Assembly: GCA_002269645.1 (NCBI GenBank) | Contig: NIVC01002503.1 | Coordinates: 102,728 to 166,727 of the forward strand | Source of the DNA: Macrostomum lignano | Taxonomy: Eukaryota | DNA length: 64,000 nt | Reading direction: 5' to 3' | In this document: positions 27,471 to 38,931 of the stretch, piece after piece | Numbering within the stretch: position 1 is the stretch's first letter | Layout of the letters: each line of letters begins with the position of its first letter | Notes under the pieces: generated by a model | Database searches by the model: none | The model's input: the letters and a program-made list of their open reading frames with translations, nothing else | What the model was told of the DNA's origin: nothing | Position numbers and translations under genes: made by a program

Positions 27471-28624
27471 ACACTCCAGCATACTCGTACTTACCAAGGG
27501 TATTGTAGAACTTATAATCTGGCCGCCTAAATCTGGTATCAGTTGGATACTGACCATACGGTGGACAGCCATCGCCACCCTCCGGACCAACTGACAAATT
27601 TTCACACTCGTCAGGCATGTTCGAAACGTCTTCAGCAGTGAGAGACATTTATCTATACTTTGAAACAACACTAAAACTACGATTATTCTCAAGCCAACGC
27701 TGTACGGATGTCCTCGAGTGTCGATTTAATTATGATTTAAAAAACAGGTTTAAATTTTAGTGTTTTAAAAATTTAGATTTTATAGTTAAGATCGCACCTT
27801 GCCACTTTGTCTATATAGGCTAGTTTAGAAAATCTTGAGTACACACAATAATACACTGAGCGATATTCGAAAAGCTGTCACTAGGCTGTTGTCAGGGGGA
27901 GGTTGAGGTGGCTGTGGCCCCCTCTCTCTCTCTTAATTACCTCTACCTAGAGGCAAGGCTAATGCAGACTGTGCTGGTAAGAAATAAAAAATGAGCAATC
28001 TTGGATCGACAGAGAAGAGAAGAGGTAGGAGGCGAGTAGAGCAGTGCGCGTCAAATAGGGAGTTTACTTAACAACTGCACACGAATCTAACTACTCGAAA
28101 GCTGGCTTAGAGAAGCGTAGTTGTTGAGAAAGAAACGAGGGAGGGATAGGAATAGAATAGAATGGTCCAGTGTTTAGAAGGCAGGTCAAAGACTATGAAA
28201 TAAGCTGCATACATTCTGCCTATGTAGCATTAATTATTTTACAACCTGCAGCTACTGTTAGTAATAAAACACGAAAACTATATCAATTTATAAATAAAAC
28301 CGTTTTTGTGCCTTTCTTTATCTTTAATGTTTTAAAACCCGGCATAAATTAAAGCCGGCTAAAATATGCCAATCTATTTATTAACGTTTCACGCTTTATC
28401 GCTCATTAGTGGTTGATAATTAGTCAAGGTAGTAATTAGTAGCCGACAGAGCAGAACAGGTGAATAAGCAAAAGCAAAACACAACCGAATGCTGCTGAAT
28501 TTGACAATTACTAATCGAAGTCAATTACGAATCTTCTAAAGATTCGTAGTGCAAGGTTTTAGTGCAAAAAGCACTAAAGAAAGAACATGATGAACTTGAT
28601 GAACTTGAACATCATGAAGCAACT

Positions 28625-29285
28625 GGGAATATGGGAGGCTAGCCCAGCAACTGAGGATCTGGAGGCTGGCCCAGCAACTGAGGATCTGGGAGGCTGGCCC
28701 TGCAACTGGGGATCTGGGAGGCTGGCCCAGCAACTGAGGATCTGGGAGGCTGGCCCTGCAACTGGGGATCTGGGAGGCTGGCCCAGCAACTGACACTCTG
28801 GGAGGCTGGCCCAGCAACTGAGGATCTGGAGGCTGGCCCAGCAACTGAGGATCTGGGAGGCTGGCCCTGCAACTGGGGATCTGGGAGGCTGGCCCAGCAA
28901 CTGACACTCTGGGAGGCTGGCCCAGCAACTGAGGATCTGGGAGGCTGGCCCTGCAACTGGGGATCTGGGAGGCTGGCCCTGCAACTGGGGATCTGGGAGG
29001 CTGGCCCAGCAACTGACACTCTGGGAGGCTGGCCCAGCAACTGACACTCTGGGAGGCTGGCCCAGCAACTGACACTCTGGGAGGCTGGTCCAGCAACTGA
29101 CACTCTGGGAGGCTGGCCCTGCAACTGACACTCTGGGAGGCTGGCCCTGCAACTGGGGATCTGGGAGGCTGGCCCAGCAACTGACACTCTGAGAGGCTGG
29201 CCCAGCAACTGAGGATCTGGGAGGCTGGCCCAGCAACTGACACTCATGGGAGGCTGGCCCAGCAACTGACACTCTGGGAGGCTCT
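28625..29285. repeat. 28-bp minisatellite (GGGAGGCTGGCCCAGCAACTGAGGATCT)n with GACACT/GGGATCT variants
   Basis: Direct inspection. Same family as 32465-33292. Confidence 0.93.
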
Positions 29286-29924
29286 CATGTGATATCAATG
29301 TAAACTAAGTGATATAGTTCGTAATGAAGTTCGCACCAAAAATATATCGACATGAATCGCAAGATAAAATTAGAATGGAATCTTCGACAACAAAAGTACA
29401 TTTGGAAATAAATGTGCAATAATCGACCCCCAAAAATTCATGGTTGCATATTAATATTCATAAACCAAAGTTTCTTATCAATGTCATAGTTTACTCAAAG
29501 CTTTCATATGAAATAGAACGAAAACTTTCTGAAAACCTCTAATTAGTTTAGTTGAAATTTTATCATCTTTTTGTTCACAGAGAACTATATTATTAAAACA
29601 AAATATGGCAGTTTTTCAAATAGTGGATTACAACAAAACAATTAAGGCTTTTAAGAAATTTATTACTTTAAAGCTTACAAGTTACTAAAACCTCTGATTG
29701 TAGGTCAGAAGGTCTCAACCGAAGTCAGTTTTAAAGTAGTAGAGTACATATAATGCAGAAGCAAAACAGAAAATATTTCAATATTAAAAAAACGCGATAA
29801 CTGGTGTTTTTCAACTTTCTTAGCAATCAGGGTTTCGCTGCAGGTATGCACCGTGTTATTAAATCATTACTCCATCATACTCATAGGGGCATGACAGTGT
29901 CTGCTTGCCTGGCTGTCTATGAGT

Positions 29925-30320
29925 TACTCTACCCTAGTGTCTATGACTCTACCCTAGTGTCTGTGACTCTACCCTAGTGTCTGTGACTCTACCCTAGTGT
30001 CTGTGAGTCTACCCTAGTGTCTGTGACTCTACCCTTAGTGTCTATGACTCTACCCTAGTGTCTGTGACTCTACCCTAGTGTCTATGACTCTACCCTAGTG
30101 TCTGTGACTCTACCCTAGGGTCTGTCACTCTACCCTAGTGTCTGTGACTCTACCCTAGTGTCTATGACTCTACCCTAGTGTCTGTGACTCTACCCTAGGG
30201 TCTGTCACTCTACCCTAGTCTCTACCCTAGGGTCTGTCACCCTACCCTAGTCTCTCTATTCTACCCTAGTGCCTGTCACCATACCCTAGTATCGGTGACT
30301 CTACCCTAGTGCCTGCAACT
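29925..30320. repeat. 20-bp minisatellite (CTCTACCCTAGTGTCTGTGA)n
   Basis: Direct inspection. Confidence 0.9.
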
Positions 30321-30474
30321 CTGCCACATTACCTGTCGCTGCTAGGAAAGAGATTGCAAGGCACTGAATGCACAGTGCCAGTGCTCATTGCTCACCAGTG
30401 TAATTGAATAACCACACGCCAACACCTAGCACACAAGCACGCATACGGTGCAAATCAATAACAGTTCCCTCTAG

Positions 30475-33400
30475 CTACTCTTCAATCTGCATGCACCGAT
30501 GCCCGTCAAGATCTTCGGGCAGCAGAGTCTGGGCGCAGGTGTCGCACACAGCCAACGCCGAGCGCAATTCATCCGGCAACCGTTTGCGCAAGTCTCTCTG
30601 CCTGCTAATGCTAGGCAGGGTGCTGATCAAATCCGCAGCTATCAGTCGCCACTGTTTCCCGCCAAGCAGATTGACGGCTTTGCTGAGAAACTGCTCAGGC
30701 TCTAGCTGGCCTTGCAGGTACTCTGATGAAGCTTTAGCAAAGCTAGTAAACTTTTCTTGGTCAGCCAGACAGGCTTGCAAGCGTTCCAATAGTTGACCCT
30801 GTCTCTGAAGGAGCCCTTCCGGTGGCGAGTAGGTGTACTGCTCGCGCACAAGCAGATCGCACCAAGAGGCATTTCTAGGCGGCGGTTGTTGCTGCTGCTG
30901 CTGCTGGCTTGCAGTAGAATCCGACTGCAACTCTAATTGTTTCTTTTCCTGTTGCTGTTTCTGTTGTTTCTTTTTCTGCTTTTTCCCGCCGGCTACAGAC
31001 TGCGCTGAGGCACTTAATCCGAGAGGCGTGGAAGGAGCAAAATATTTTTCCTGCTGCTGCTGCTGCTTGGGCTGCGAGCGGCCATCTTTGCGCCACACGG
31101 GAGCAGCTGAAGCACCTGAAGAAGAGGACGGACCTCCAAGAGTCGGGAAATCGTCCATCTGCCCGGAGAAGGCAGCCCCCGCCGTAGACTTCTGCTTGGA
31201 ATTTAGAGATTTCTGCTGTTGCTGACTGACAGCTGCCGGCCATTCCGACCAGTCATCGCCATCGCCCACTAAATCAATAGGGGACGAATCGTTTAAAGCG
31301 GCGAAACGATTCTTTGCGCTGTTGCTACTCTTAGTAGTGTTATTATTCCTAGCAGCAATCGGAGCGGAAGAGGCCAGAGCCGGCAGTCCAGGAAAATCTT
31401 CAACTAAAGAGAACTTCTCTTGCTTTTTCTGCTGCGCTGGCTGCTGCTGATGCAGCGAGTCGAAAGATGCGCAGGCAATGGAATTCATTGGCCGGTAGAC
31501 TGTCGGCTCGTCTGGTTGGAGCGCCACCGACGCAGCTCCGCCGCCGCCGCTGCCAAGTTGCTGATAGCGAAGATTCGGGCTGGTCGATACTCGACAGGAT
31601 CTGGGGGCGGCGGCGGTGGCTGCTGTTGCTGCTTGGAAGCCTCGGGAGCCGCTGTCGGCTTTTGCGGCTGGGGCGGCGCTGTAGGGGGCCTCGTCCGCGG
31701 CTTAGGCGTCGGCTTAGCAACGGCCGACGGCTGCGGCGGCGGACCAGACGGTTGCGGCAGCGACGGGAAGTCATTAGCGCTGCTAGTTGACGGCGGCGGC
31801 TTCTTAACCTTTTTATTGGCATTACTACTGATATTTGGTTTGCTAGCGCTACTACTGCTAGTAGCCGATGGCGGGCCCCAGATTGAGTTGGAGGCGGCAC
31901 TAGCAGAGCCTACCGGCCGACCTAGCGTGGGATATTCCTCCTCTAGATTAGCGGCAGAGGACGGTGGGGCATTATTGCCGGACACCAGGCTGGTGAATGG
32001 AATCGCGGCTGGCATTCGCCTTGGGCCGCTGTACACCGGTGGGGGCGGAACCTGCTGCTGCTGCTGCTGTTGGCTGCTCGCTTCCGTCGCAGCCGGGGCA
32101 GTTGAAGAAGCCGACGGTAAGCTGGGGAAATCTTCCTCAGTAGCTTTAGCCGCTTGTCGGCCAATAAATTTAGTTTGAGTTTCTCCGGTAAGGGTGGGAA
32201 ACTCTTCGGGATTCTCAGCGTAGCCGTTCGCGTCGAGCTCGCGCTGGGCGGCCGCCGACTGGGCGAGAGCGTTGGCAGCGAATTCGCGAACACCCGGGGC
32301 AAGGGACACCAGTTGGTCAAGCGCTTCGCGGGCTGTCGGCATGTGCGAGGTGGCGGGAGGGCCGACACCACTGCCGCTGCCTCCGCCGCCGCCTCTAGAG
32401 CCGCTGGGCCCGCTGTTGACGCCGGAGGCTCCACGACGCTGATACCTGCGGGTGCGGGAGGTGCCAACTGAGGATCTGGGAGGCTGGCCCAGCAACTGAG
32501 GATCTGGGAGGCTGGCCCTGCAACTGGGGATCTGGGAGGCTGGTGGCCCAGCAACTGAGGATTTGGGAGGCTGGCCCAGCAACTGAGGATCTGGGAGGCT
32601 GGCCCAGCAGCTGAGGATCTGGGAGGCTGGCCCAGCAGCTGAGGATCTGGGAGGCTGGCCCAGCAGCTGAGGATCTGGGAGGCTGGCCCAGCAGCTGAGG
32701 ATCTGGGAGGCTGGCTCAGCAACTGAGGATCTGGGAGGCTGGCCCAGCAGCTGAGGATCTGGGAGGCTGGCCCAGCAGCTGAGGATCTGGGAGGCTGGCC
32801 CAGCAGCTGAGGATCTGGGAGGCTGGCCCAGCAGCTGAGGATCTGGGAGGCTGGCCCAGCAGCTGAGGATCTGGGAGGCTGGCCCAGCAGCTGAGGATCT
32901 GGGAGGCTGGCCCAGCAGCTGAGGATCTGGGAGGCTGGCACAGCAGCTGAGGATCTGGGAGGCTGGCCCAGCAGCTGAGGATCTGGGAGGCTGGCTCAGC
33001 AACTGAGGATCTGGGAGGCTGGCCCAGCAGCTGAGGATCTGGGAGGCTGGCCCAGCAGCTGAGGATCTGGGAGGCTGGCCCAGCAGCTGAGGATCTGGGA
33101 GGCTGGCCCAGCAGCTGAGGATCTGGGAGGCTGGCCCAGCAGCTGAGGATCTGGGAGGCTGGCCCAGCAGCTGAGGATCTGGGAGGCTGGCCCAGCAGCT
33201 GAGGATCTGGGAGGCTGGCCCAGCAGCTGAGGATCTGGGAGGCTGGCCCAGCAGCTGAGGATCTGGGAGGCTGGCCCAGCAGCTGAGGATCTAGGTCTAA
33301 GTAAGAGAGGGGGATCGGCAAACATTTTTTACTTCAAAGGCTAGATGAGGAACCTAGCGTATGACTGTGATTCAGAGTGGGGAGTGGAGACGAGAGGGCC

Positions 33401-36400
33401 GGATGGCTATTTTAAAGTTTCAAGGGACCCGAGGGTCGGTTAGAGGCGTTTAGCCGGAGTTTTCCGACCACTGATTTAAGAGGACTCAACTGGTCCAGCC
33501 TGTCACCTGATATCGACATCAAGCCGTCTAGTCTCTCTGAGCAGAGCCTTGTCCATAACGCCGCTGTGATGGCTAATTTTGTGAGCGCGCAATTCATTCT
33601 CGGTTGCGAACACGTTGGTGAACTGGTCGGACTGGCAGGGCCCTGGGGTTCGATAGGTTAAATACGGTCGGGCTTAGTTGCTTGGCAGGAGATTACTGAC
33701 AGTCAAATCAGTTGGCCTACTGACACTAAACTATAAATCCGACAACAATTTCGTAGAATTTACTGACATCCTAATTAGAACCTACTGACATCCTAATTAG
33801 AACCTACTGACATCCTAATTAGAATCTACTGACATCCTAATTAGAACCTACTGACATCATACATGCGCAACTTCTGAAATTACGCTGGCCGTGCGACTTA
33901 GTTTTCGATAAATAATGCGACTTACCTATGAAAGAGCCAAGCAAAAACTTTAGGTAAACGGCAGGAGTAACTATGACAACATTTTTAAAGCTAAATGCCT
34001 CGCCAGCTAATTAGTGCTGCGTGCAGATTCCGCGTTTTTTCAACAGCTAATCAGTGTCATCTAGTGGCGGCCTGAAGCAATTAGTAAATTGTCAGTACAG
34101 TGTAGTGAGCATACTACAAAAGTCATGATTCATGAATGTCCAGAAGTAAGTGAAGTGAATACAGTGTGACCTATAGCTCAAGAACGATTTGCTAGACGAT
34201 TTGGCATGGAAGATGAGAGCCCTGACTGATTCAGATGGCTCATCAGATGTAGAATACGAATCCAGTAGAGATACAAGCTGTGAAAACCCACAGATTTTTA
34301 AACCACTGAATTCTAATTCCCGGAACTATTTTTTCATAGATTCTAAATTTGAAGTCATGCTCAAACAAAAACTTGTTAACAGTTAGGAAAAAGGCAAAGA
34401 TGGTAGTAATGCATGTTAAACTAAGATTTGAGGCCTTTGCAAATTCTCTCCATTCCTCAATCTTCTCATCCTCTTTTTCTTTTCTCTCTCATCCCTTATC
34501 CCTTCTCTCTTTCCTCTCCTCTTTCCTCTCTTTCCTCTCCTCTCCTATTTCTTCTGTCTCCTCTCTACATTCTTATCTCTCCTCTCGTCTCTCTCCATTC
34601 CACTCTACTCTCTCATCTTATCTTCCCTCTCGTCTCTCTCCACTCTACTCTCTCATCTTATCTCTCCTCTCTTTTCTACTCTCTCATCTCTCCTCTCTTC
34701 ACTCTCCTCTCATCTCCTCTTTATCCTCTCTTCTCTCATCTACTCTCTCTTTCCTCTCTTCTGATCTCATCCATCATCTTTTCTTTCCTCTTTCCTCTAA
34801 TCTCCTCTTCTCTCTCATCTCTTTTTCCTCCCTCAGCTTTTCTCTCCTCTTCTATCTTTTCTCCCATCGCATCGCTCGCCTCTCCTCTGTTTGCTTATCT
34901 CTAATCTTCTATTCCCTCTACTTTGAAGTAAGAAATTATGCACATATTTTTGCTGAAGATAAGAGGAGAGAAGAGGGCATTGAGGAGAAAGGGTAGAGAG
35001 AAAGGGGGAGAAGAGAGGAGAGTAAAAATGAGAGGAGAGAGAAGAGGGAAAAGGGGGGGAGAGAGAAGAGGGGAGGCAAGGTAGAGAAGAAGAGAGAGAT
35101 GAGAGTTTAAGAGACACCAACCTTGCTAGTTAGGAAGTTTCAAAGAACCCGAGGGGCGAGGGCCAGATAGAGGGGCTTCGCGAGCTGGAGTTTGCCAACC
35201 CCTGCTCCAGAGTTTAAGAAATCAATGGGAAACTGTTGACGCGGGCTTCTGATTTCAAAGATCTTGTCTGTGGTTGAAGGCTTCTATTCTGTTTTTGCTC
35301 TCCTGCCACACTTGCACCTACTACCCCCTGATTGCCTCTGATTGTGACTTACTTCCCTCTTATTGCAACTTAGTTGCTTCTTTTTGCGACTCACCTAATC
35401 CTTTTTGCGACTTAGTTGCTTCTTTTTGCGACTTACCTAATCCTTTTTGCGACTTACCTAACCCTTTGCGACTTACCTAATCCTTTTTGCGACTTACCTA
35501 ACCCTTTTGCGACTTACCTAATCCTTTTTGCGACTTACCTAACCCTTTTGCGACTTACCTGATTCTTTTTGCGACTTACCTGATTCCTGTTGCGACTTAC
35601 CTGATCCTTTTTGCGACTTACCTGATTATTTTTACAACTTAGTTTGCTTCTTTTGCGAATTGTTTTTCTTTTGCTTCACCATTTTCCCTGAACTGCTCTT
35701 TCTTTCGCTTTCCTCTTGCCTTTCTTGGTTCTTGTGTTTTTCTGTTTTTGGTTGACTCAATTTTGCGACTTACCCCTGGTCAGCCACAATTTACGGTGGC
35801 CGGATCGGCCAGGTCGGCCAGCAGTTGCGCATGTATGACTGACATCCTAATTAGAATCCACTCACATCCAAATTAGAACCTACTGACATCCTAATTAGAA
35901 CCTACTGGCATCCTAATTAGAACCTACTGACATCCTAATTAGAACCTACTGACATCCTAATTAGAACCTACTGACATCCTATTTAGAACCTACTGGCATC
36001 CTAATTAGAACCTACTGACATCCTAATTAAACTCTACAGAACTGGCAACCTATCACTGACACCTAATCAAACACTAACCTTCCTGACAAACGTAGTGAGA
36101 AGCGATGAAATGCTTATTCAACTGTTCGTAATTGCCATAGACAGTGCGCTGCTGATGAAATCTTTCAAGCGTTGGCAAATTCTCGCAAATGTGACACATA
36201 AAATGCTGCCGACGAAGATGATTATACCATAATTCGGCGTCGTAAAAACTTTCCTGGCAGATCTGACACTTCGGATGCCCGTGATTGGGTCGCTCGGCTC
36301 GCCAGCGTTTGTGCTCGGACAGTGAACCATCGTCGAATAGCTCTTGCTCGCGTGGAAACAGCTGAATAGAGTGAATAATGGCATACGGGGCTGTCGGGGC

Positions 36401-37971
36401 ATTTTTGCAAGAGATGGGACTCGGAGGGCGATTTCTAAAGAGAGATGGGACTGGGAGGGCGATTTCTAAAGAGAGATGGGACTGTGAGGGCGATTTCTAG
36501 AGAGAGATAGGACTGTGAGGGCGATTTCTAAAGAGAGATGGGACTTGGAGGGCGATTTCTAAAGAGAGATGGGACTCGGAGGGCGATTTCTAGAGAGAGA
36601 TAGGACTGTGAGGGCGATTTCTAGAGAGAGATAGGACTGTGAGGGAGATTTCTAGAGAGAGATAGGACTGTGAGGGCGATTTCTAGAGAGAGATAGGACT
36701 GTGAGGGCGATTTCTAGAGAGAGAAAGGACTGTGAGGGCGATTTCTAGAGAGAGATAGGACTGTGAGGGCAATTTCTAGAGAGAGATGGGACTGTGAGGG
36801 CGATTTCTAGAGAGAGAGAGAGAGAGATGGGACTCGGAGGGCGATTTCTAAAGAGAGATGGGACTGGGAGGGAGATTTCTAAAGAGAGATGGGACTGGGA
36901 GGGAGATTTCTAAAGACAAATGGGACTATGGGGGCGATTTCTAAAGAGAGATAGGACTGTGAGGGCGATTACTAGAGAGAGATAGGACTGTGAGGGCGAT
37001 TACTAGAGAGAGATAGGACTGTGAGGGCGATTTCTAGAGAGAGAAAGGACTGTGAGGGCGATTTCTAGAGAGAAATAGGACTGTGAGGGCGATTTCTAGA
37101 GAGAGATAGGACTGTGAGGGCGATTTCTAGAGAGAGATAGGACTGTGAGGGCGATTACTAGAGAGAGATAGGACTGTGAGGGCGATTTCTAGAGAGAGAA
37201 AGGACTGTGAGGGCGATTTCTAGAGAGAGATAGGACTGTGAGGGCGATTTCTAGAGAGAGATAGGACTGTGAGGGCGATTTCTAGAGAGAGATAGGACTG
37301 TGAGGGCGATTTCTAGAGAGAGATAGGACTGTGAGGGCGATTTCTAAAGACAAATGGAACTATGGGGGCGATCTCTAAAGAGAGATAGGACTGTGAGGGC
37401 GATTTCTAGAGAAATGGCACTGGGAGGGCGACAATTTGAACAGACAAGCAAATGTTATTAAAACACTGGACAAACATTACCTTCAAATGTTCAACGCAGA
37501 TCAGACAAAATCGCTTCTTGTGATCATTGTTAACATGGCGTTTCAAAGCGCTCATAGAGTTGCATTGCAGGCCACAGTCAGAACACGTGTAGCTGATCAA
37601 ATCTGTGTAATAAGTCAGCACTTCTTGATTTTCGAATAGCAAATCTTCGTCTGGCAGAGACATAAATTTGTCCATTTGAAAGCAGTTGTACTTGCTGTGC
37701 GATTTGGTTATCAGTATCTGGCAGTGGGAAATATGATTCTTAGTTATAGAAATGCTTAAATATGCTTTGGAATGCACATATTTTGAGCGTCTATACCAAT
37801 CTTTACCTGAGAAGATTTATGCCGACAGATAGGGCATTCAGCAACTTTGCAGATTACTTTTAATCTAATTGCACATTTGGCGCAGACTGTATGATTGCAC
37901 TCTCCAATGCCATAGTATTGGCATTCTTCTCGGCAGACGAGGCATGAATTGCTATCATCTGGTGTTGACAT
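30475..37971 (-). CDS. ZNF598: ZNF598/Hel2-like E3 ubiquitin ligase (ribosome quality control), about 916-930 aa
   Basis: Manually spliced exons 37971-37807, 37717-37481, 36361-36079, 33642-33507 and 32445-30475, all GT-AG and phase-compatible. N-terminal RING (CLVC...CNHTVCAKC...CPIC), tandem C2H2 fingers (GHPKCQIC...HLRRQHFMCHIC; FTNVFATENELRAHKISHH), repeated EEFPTL/EDFPSL motifs, and a C-terminal helical domain plus CDTC...HRC. There is one frame discontinuity near 31550-31590. Confidence 0.92.
32465..33292. repeat. 28-bp minisatellite filling ZNF598 intron 4
   Basis: (GGGAGGCTGGCCCAGCAGCTGAGGATCT)n, about 29 copies. Confidence 0.95.
33306..33473. mobile_element. Possible degenerate hAT-type MITE, about 170 bp
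   Basis: Ends GAGGGGGATCGGCAAAC...GTTTTCCGACCACTG resemble CAGGGGTCGGCAAAC-type hAT termini. A similar right-end fragment lies near 35140-35203. No clear TSD. Confidence 0.35.
33775..36030. repeat. 22-bp minisatellite (CCTACTGACATCCTAATTAGAA)n, split into 33775-33857 and 35838-36030 by a DNA transposon
   Basis: The same unit occurs on both sides of the insertion. Confidence 0.88.
33858..35837 (+). mobile_element. Non-autonomous TIR DNA transposon, 1980 bp (P- or hAT-like)
   Basis: 14-bp TIR CATACATGCGCAAC/GTTGCGCATGTATG. 8-bp TSD ACTGACAT (33850-33857, 35838-35845). No transposase ORF. Confidence 0.85.
36410..37425. repeat. 31-bp minisatellite (GAGAGAGATAGGACTGTGAGGGCGATTTCTA)n filling ZNF598 intron 2
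   Basis: Direct inspection. Confidence 0.93.
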
Positions 37972-38128
37972 TTCTTGATTTAATTGATAATGAATTGCTG
38001 AAAAAATAATATTACTCTATTGCTATTAATAGTAAATATTAATTATTAATTAAAATGTAAATTAAAAAAACTGTTAATTAACTTTCACCTTGATTATATA
38101 CTTGGATAGCAAAAATTTTTAACATTTC

Positions 38129-38330
38129 CATACATGCAAAACCTCCAAAATTCGGTCGGCTGTGCGACTTAGTTTTAACAAAAAATGCGATGTAGTTTTT
38201 GGCCAAAAATGTGACTTACATGTAAAAGAAAGAAACTCTAAAGCAAAATTAATGCAACTTTGGGTAAACGGCAGGAGTAGCTATGACTGTCTTATTAAGG
38301 CAAAATGCCTTGTTATCTACTTAGTAAAAT
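38129..38330 (+). mobile_element. Truncated end of the CATACATGC MITE family
   Basis: Aligns with the left end of 33858 and the reverse complement of the right end of 38646-38931. No partner end was found. Confidence 0.65.
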
Positions 38331-38645
38331 GTAAAATGTAATAATGGCAAAAACCTACAAATATTGTATAATAATTCTATAAATAAATATAGCTTGTAAA
38401 TATTAATTATTGAATATATTAGTATTCAAAGGCTTATTAAAAAATTATAATATTCAGAGAAATACAGGCTTTTGTACTTGCAAAACTGAATACAGAAGGG
38501 CAAGTTTGCATTGCTACTTTTAATTTGAAAATAACTTTTAATTTTCTTTTTAATGAATACATAGAAATCTCTCAGAATCACAGACCCTCATATCCCAGTC
38601 CTTTTTGAAAAAACAAGGAGTGATTGCAGGTTTTGGCCATAGACA

Positions 38646-38931
38646 CATACATGCGCAACAGTCGGCCAATCCGGCTGACCGATTTGGCGGCCAACCAAGG
38701 TAAGTTGCAAAAATGCCCAGTCTAAAGAATAGACGTAGTACTAATTAGATGACGAGGCATTTAGCCCTTATAAAACAGTTATAGTTACTCCTGCTGTTTA
38801 CCCAAAATTGCGTTAATTTTGCTTTAGGGTTTCTATCACAGGTAAGTTGCATTTTTGGCCAAAAACTCGTCGCATTTTTTGTTAAAACTAAGTCGCACGG
38901 CCGACCGAATTTTGGAGGTTGCGCATGTATG
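38646..38931 (-). mobile_element. 286-bp MITE of the same family
   Basis: TIR CATACATGCGCAAC...GTTGCGCATGTATG. 8-bp TSD CATAGACA (38638-38645, 38932-38939). Confidence 0.88.

Noticed and set aside
31485-33002. 505-aa ORF
   Set aside because: The N-terminal part is the 28-bp intronic array. Only 32445 and below is ZNF598 exon.
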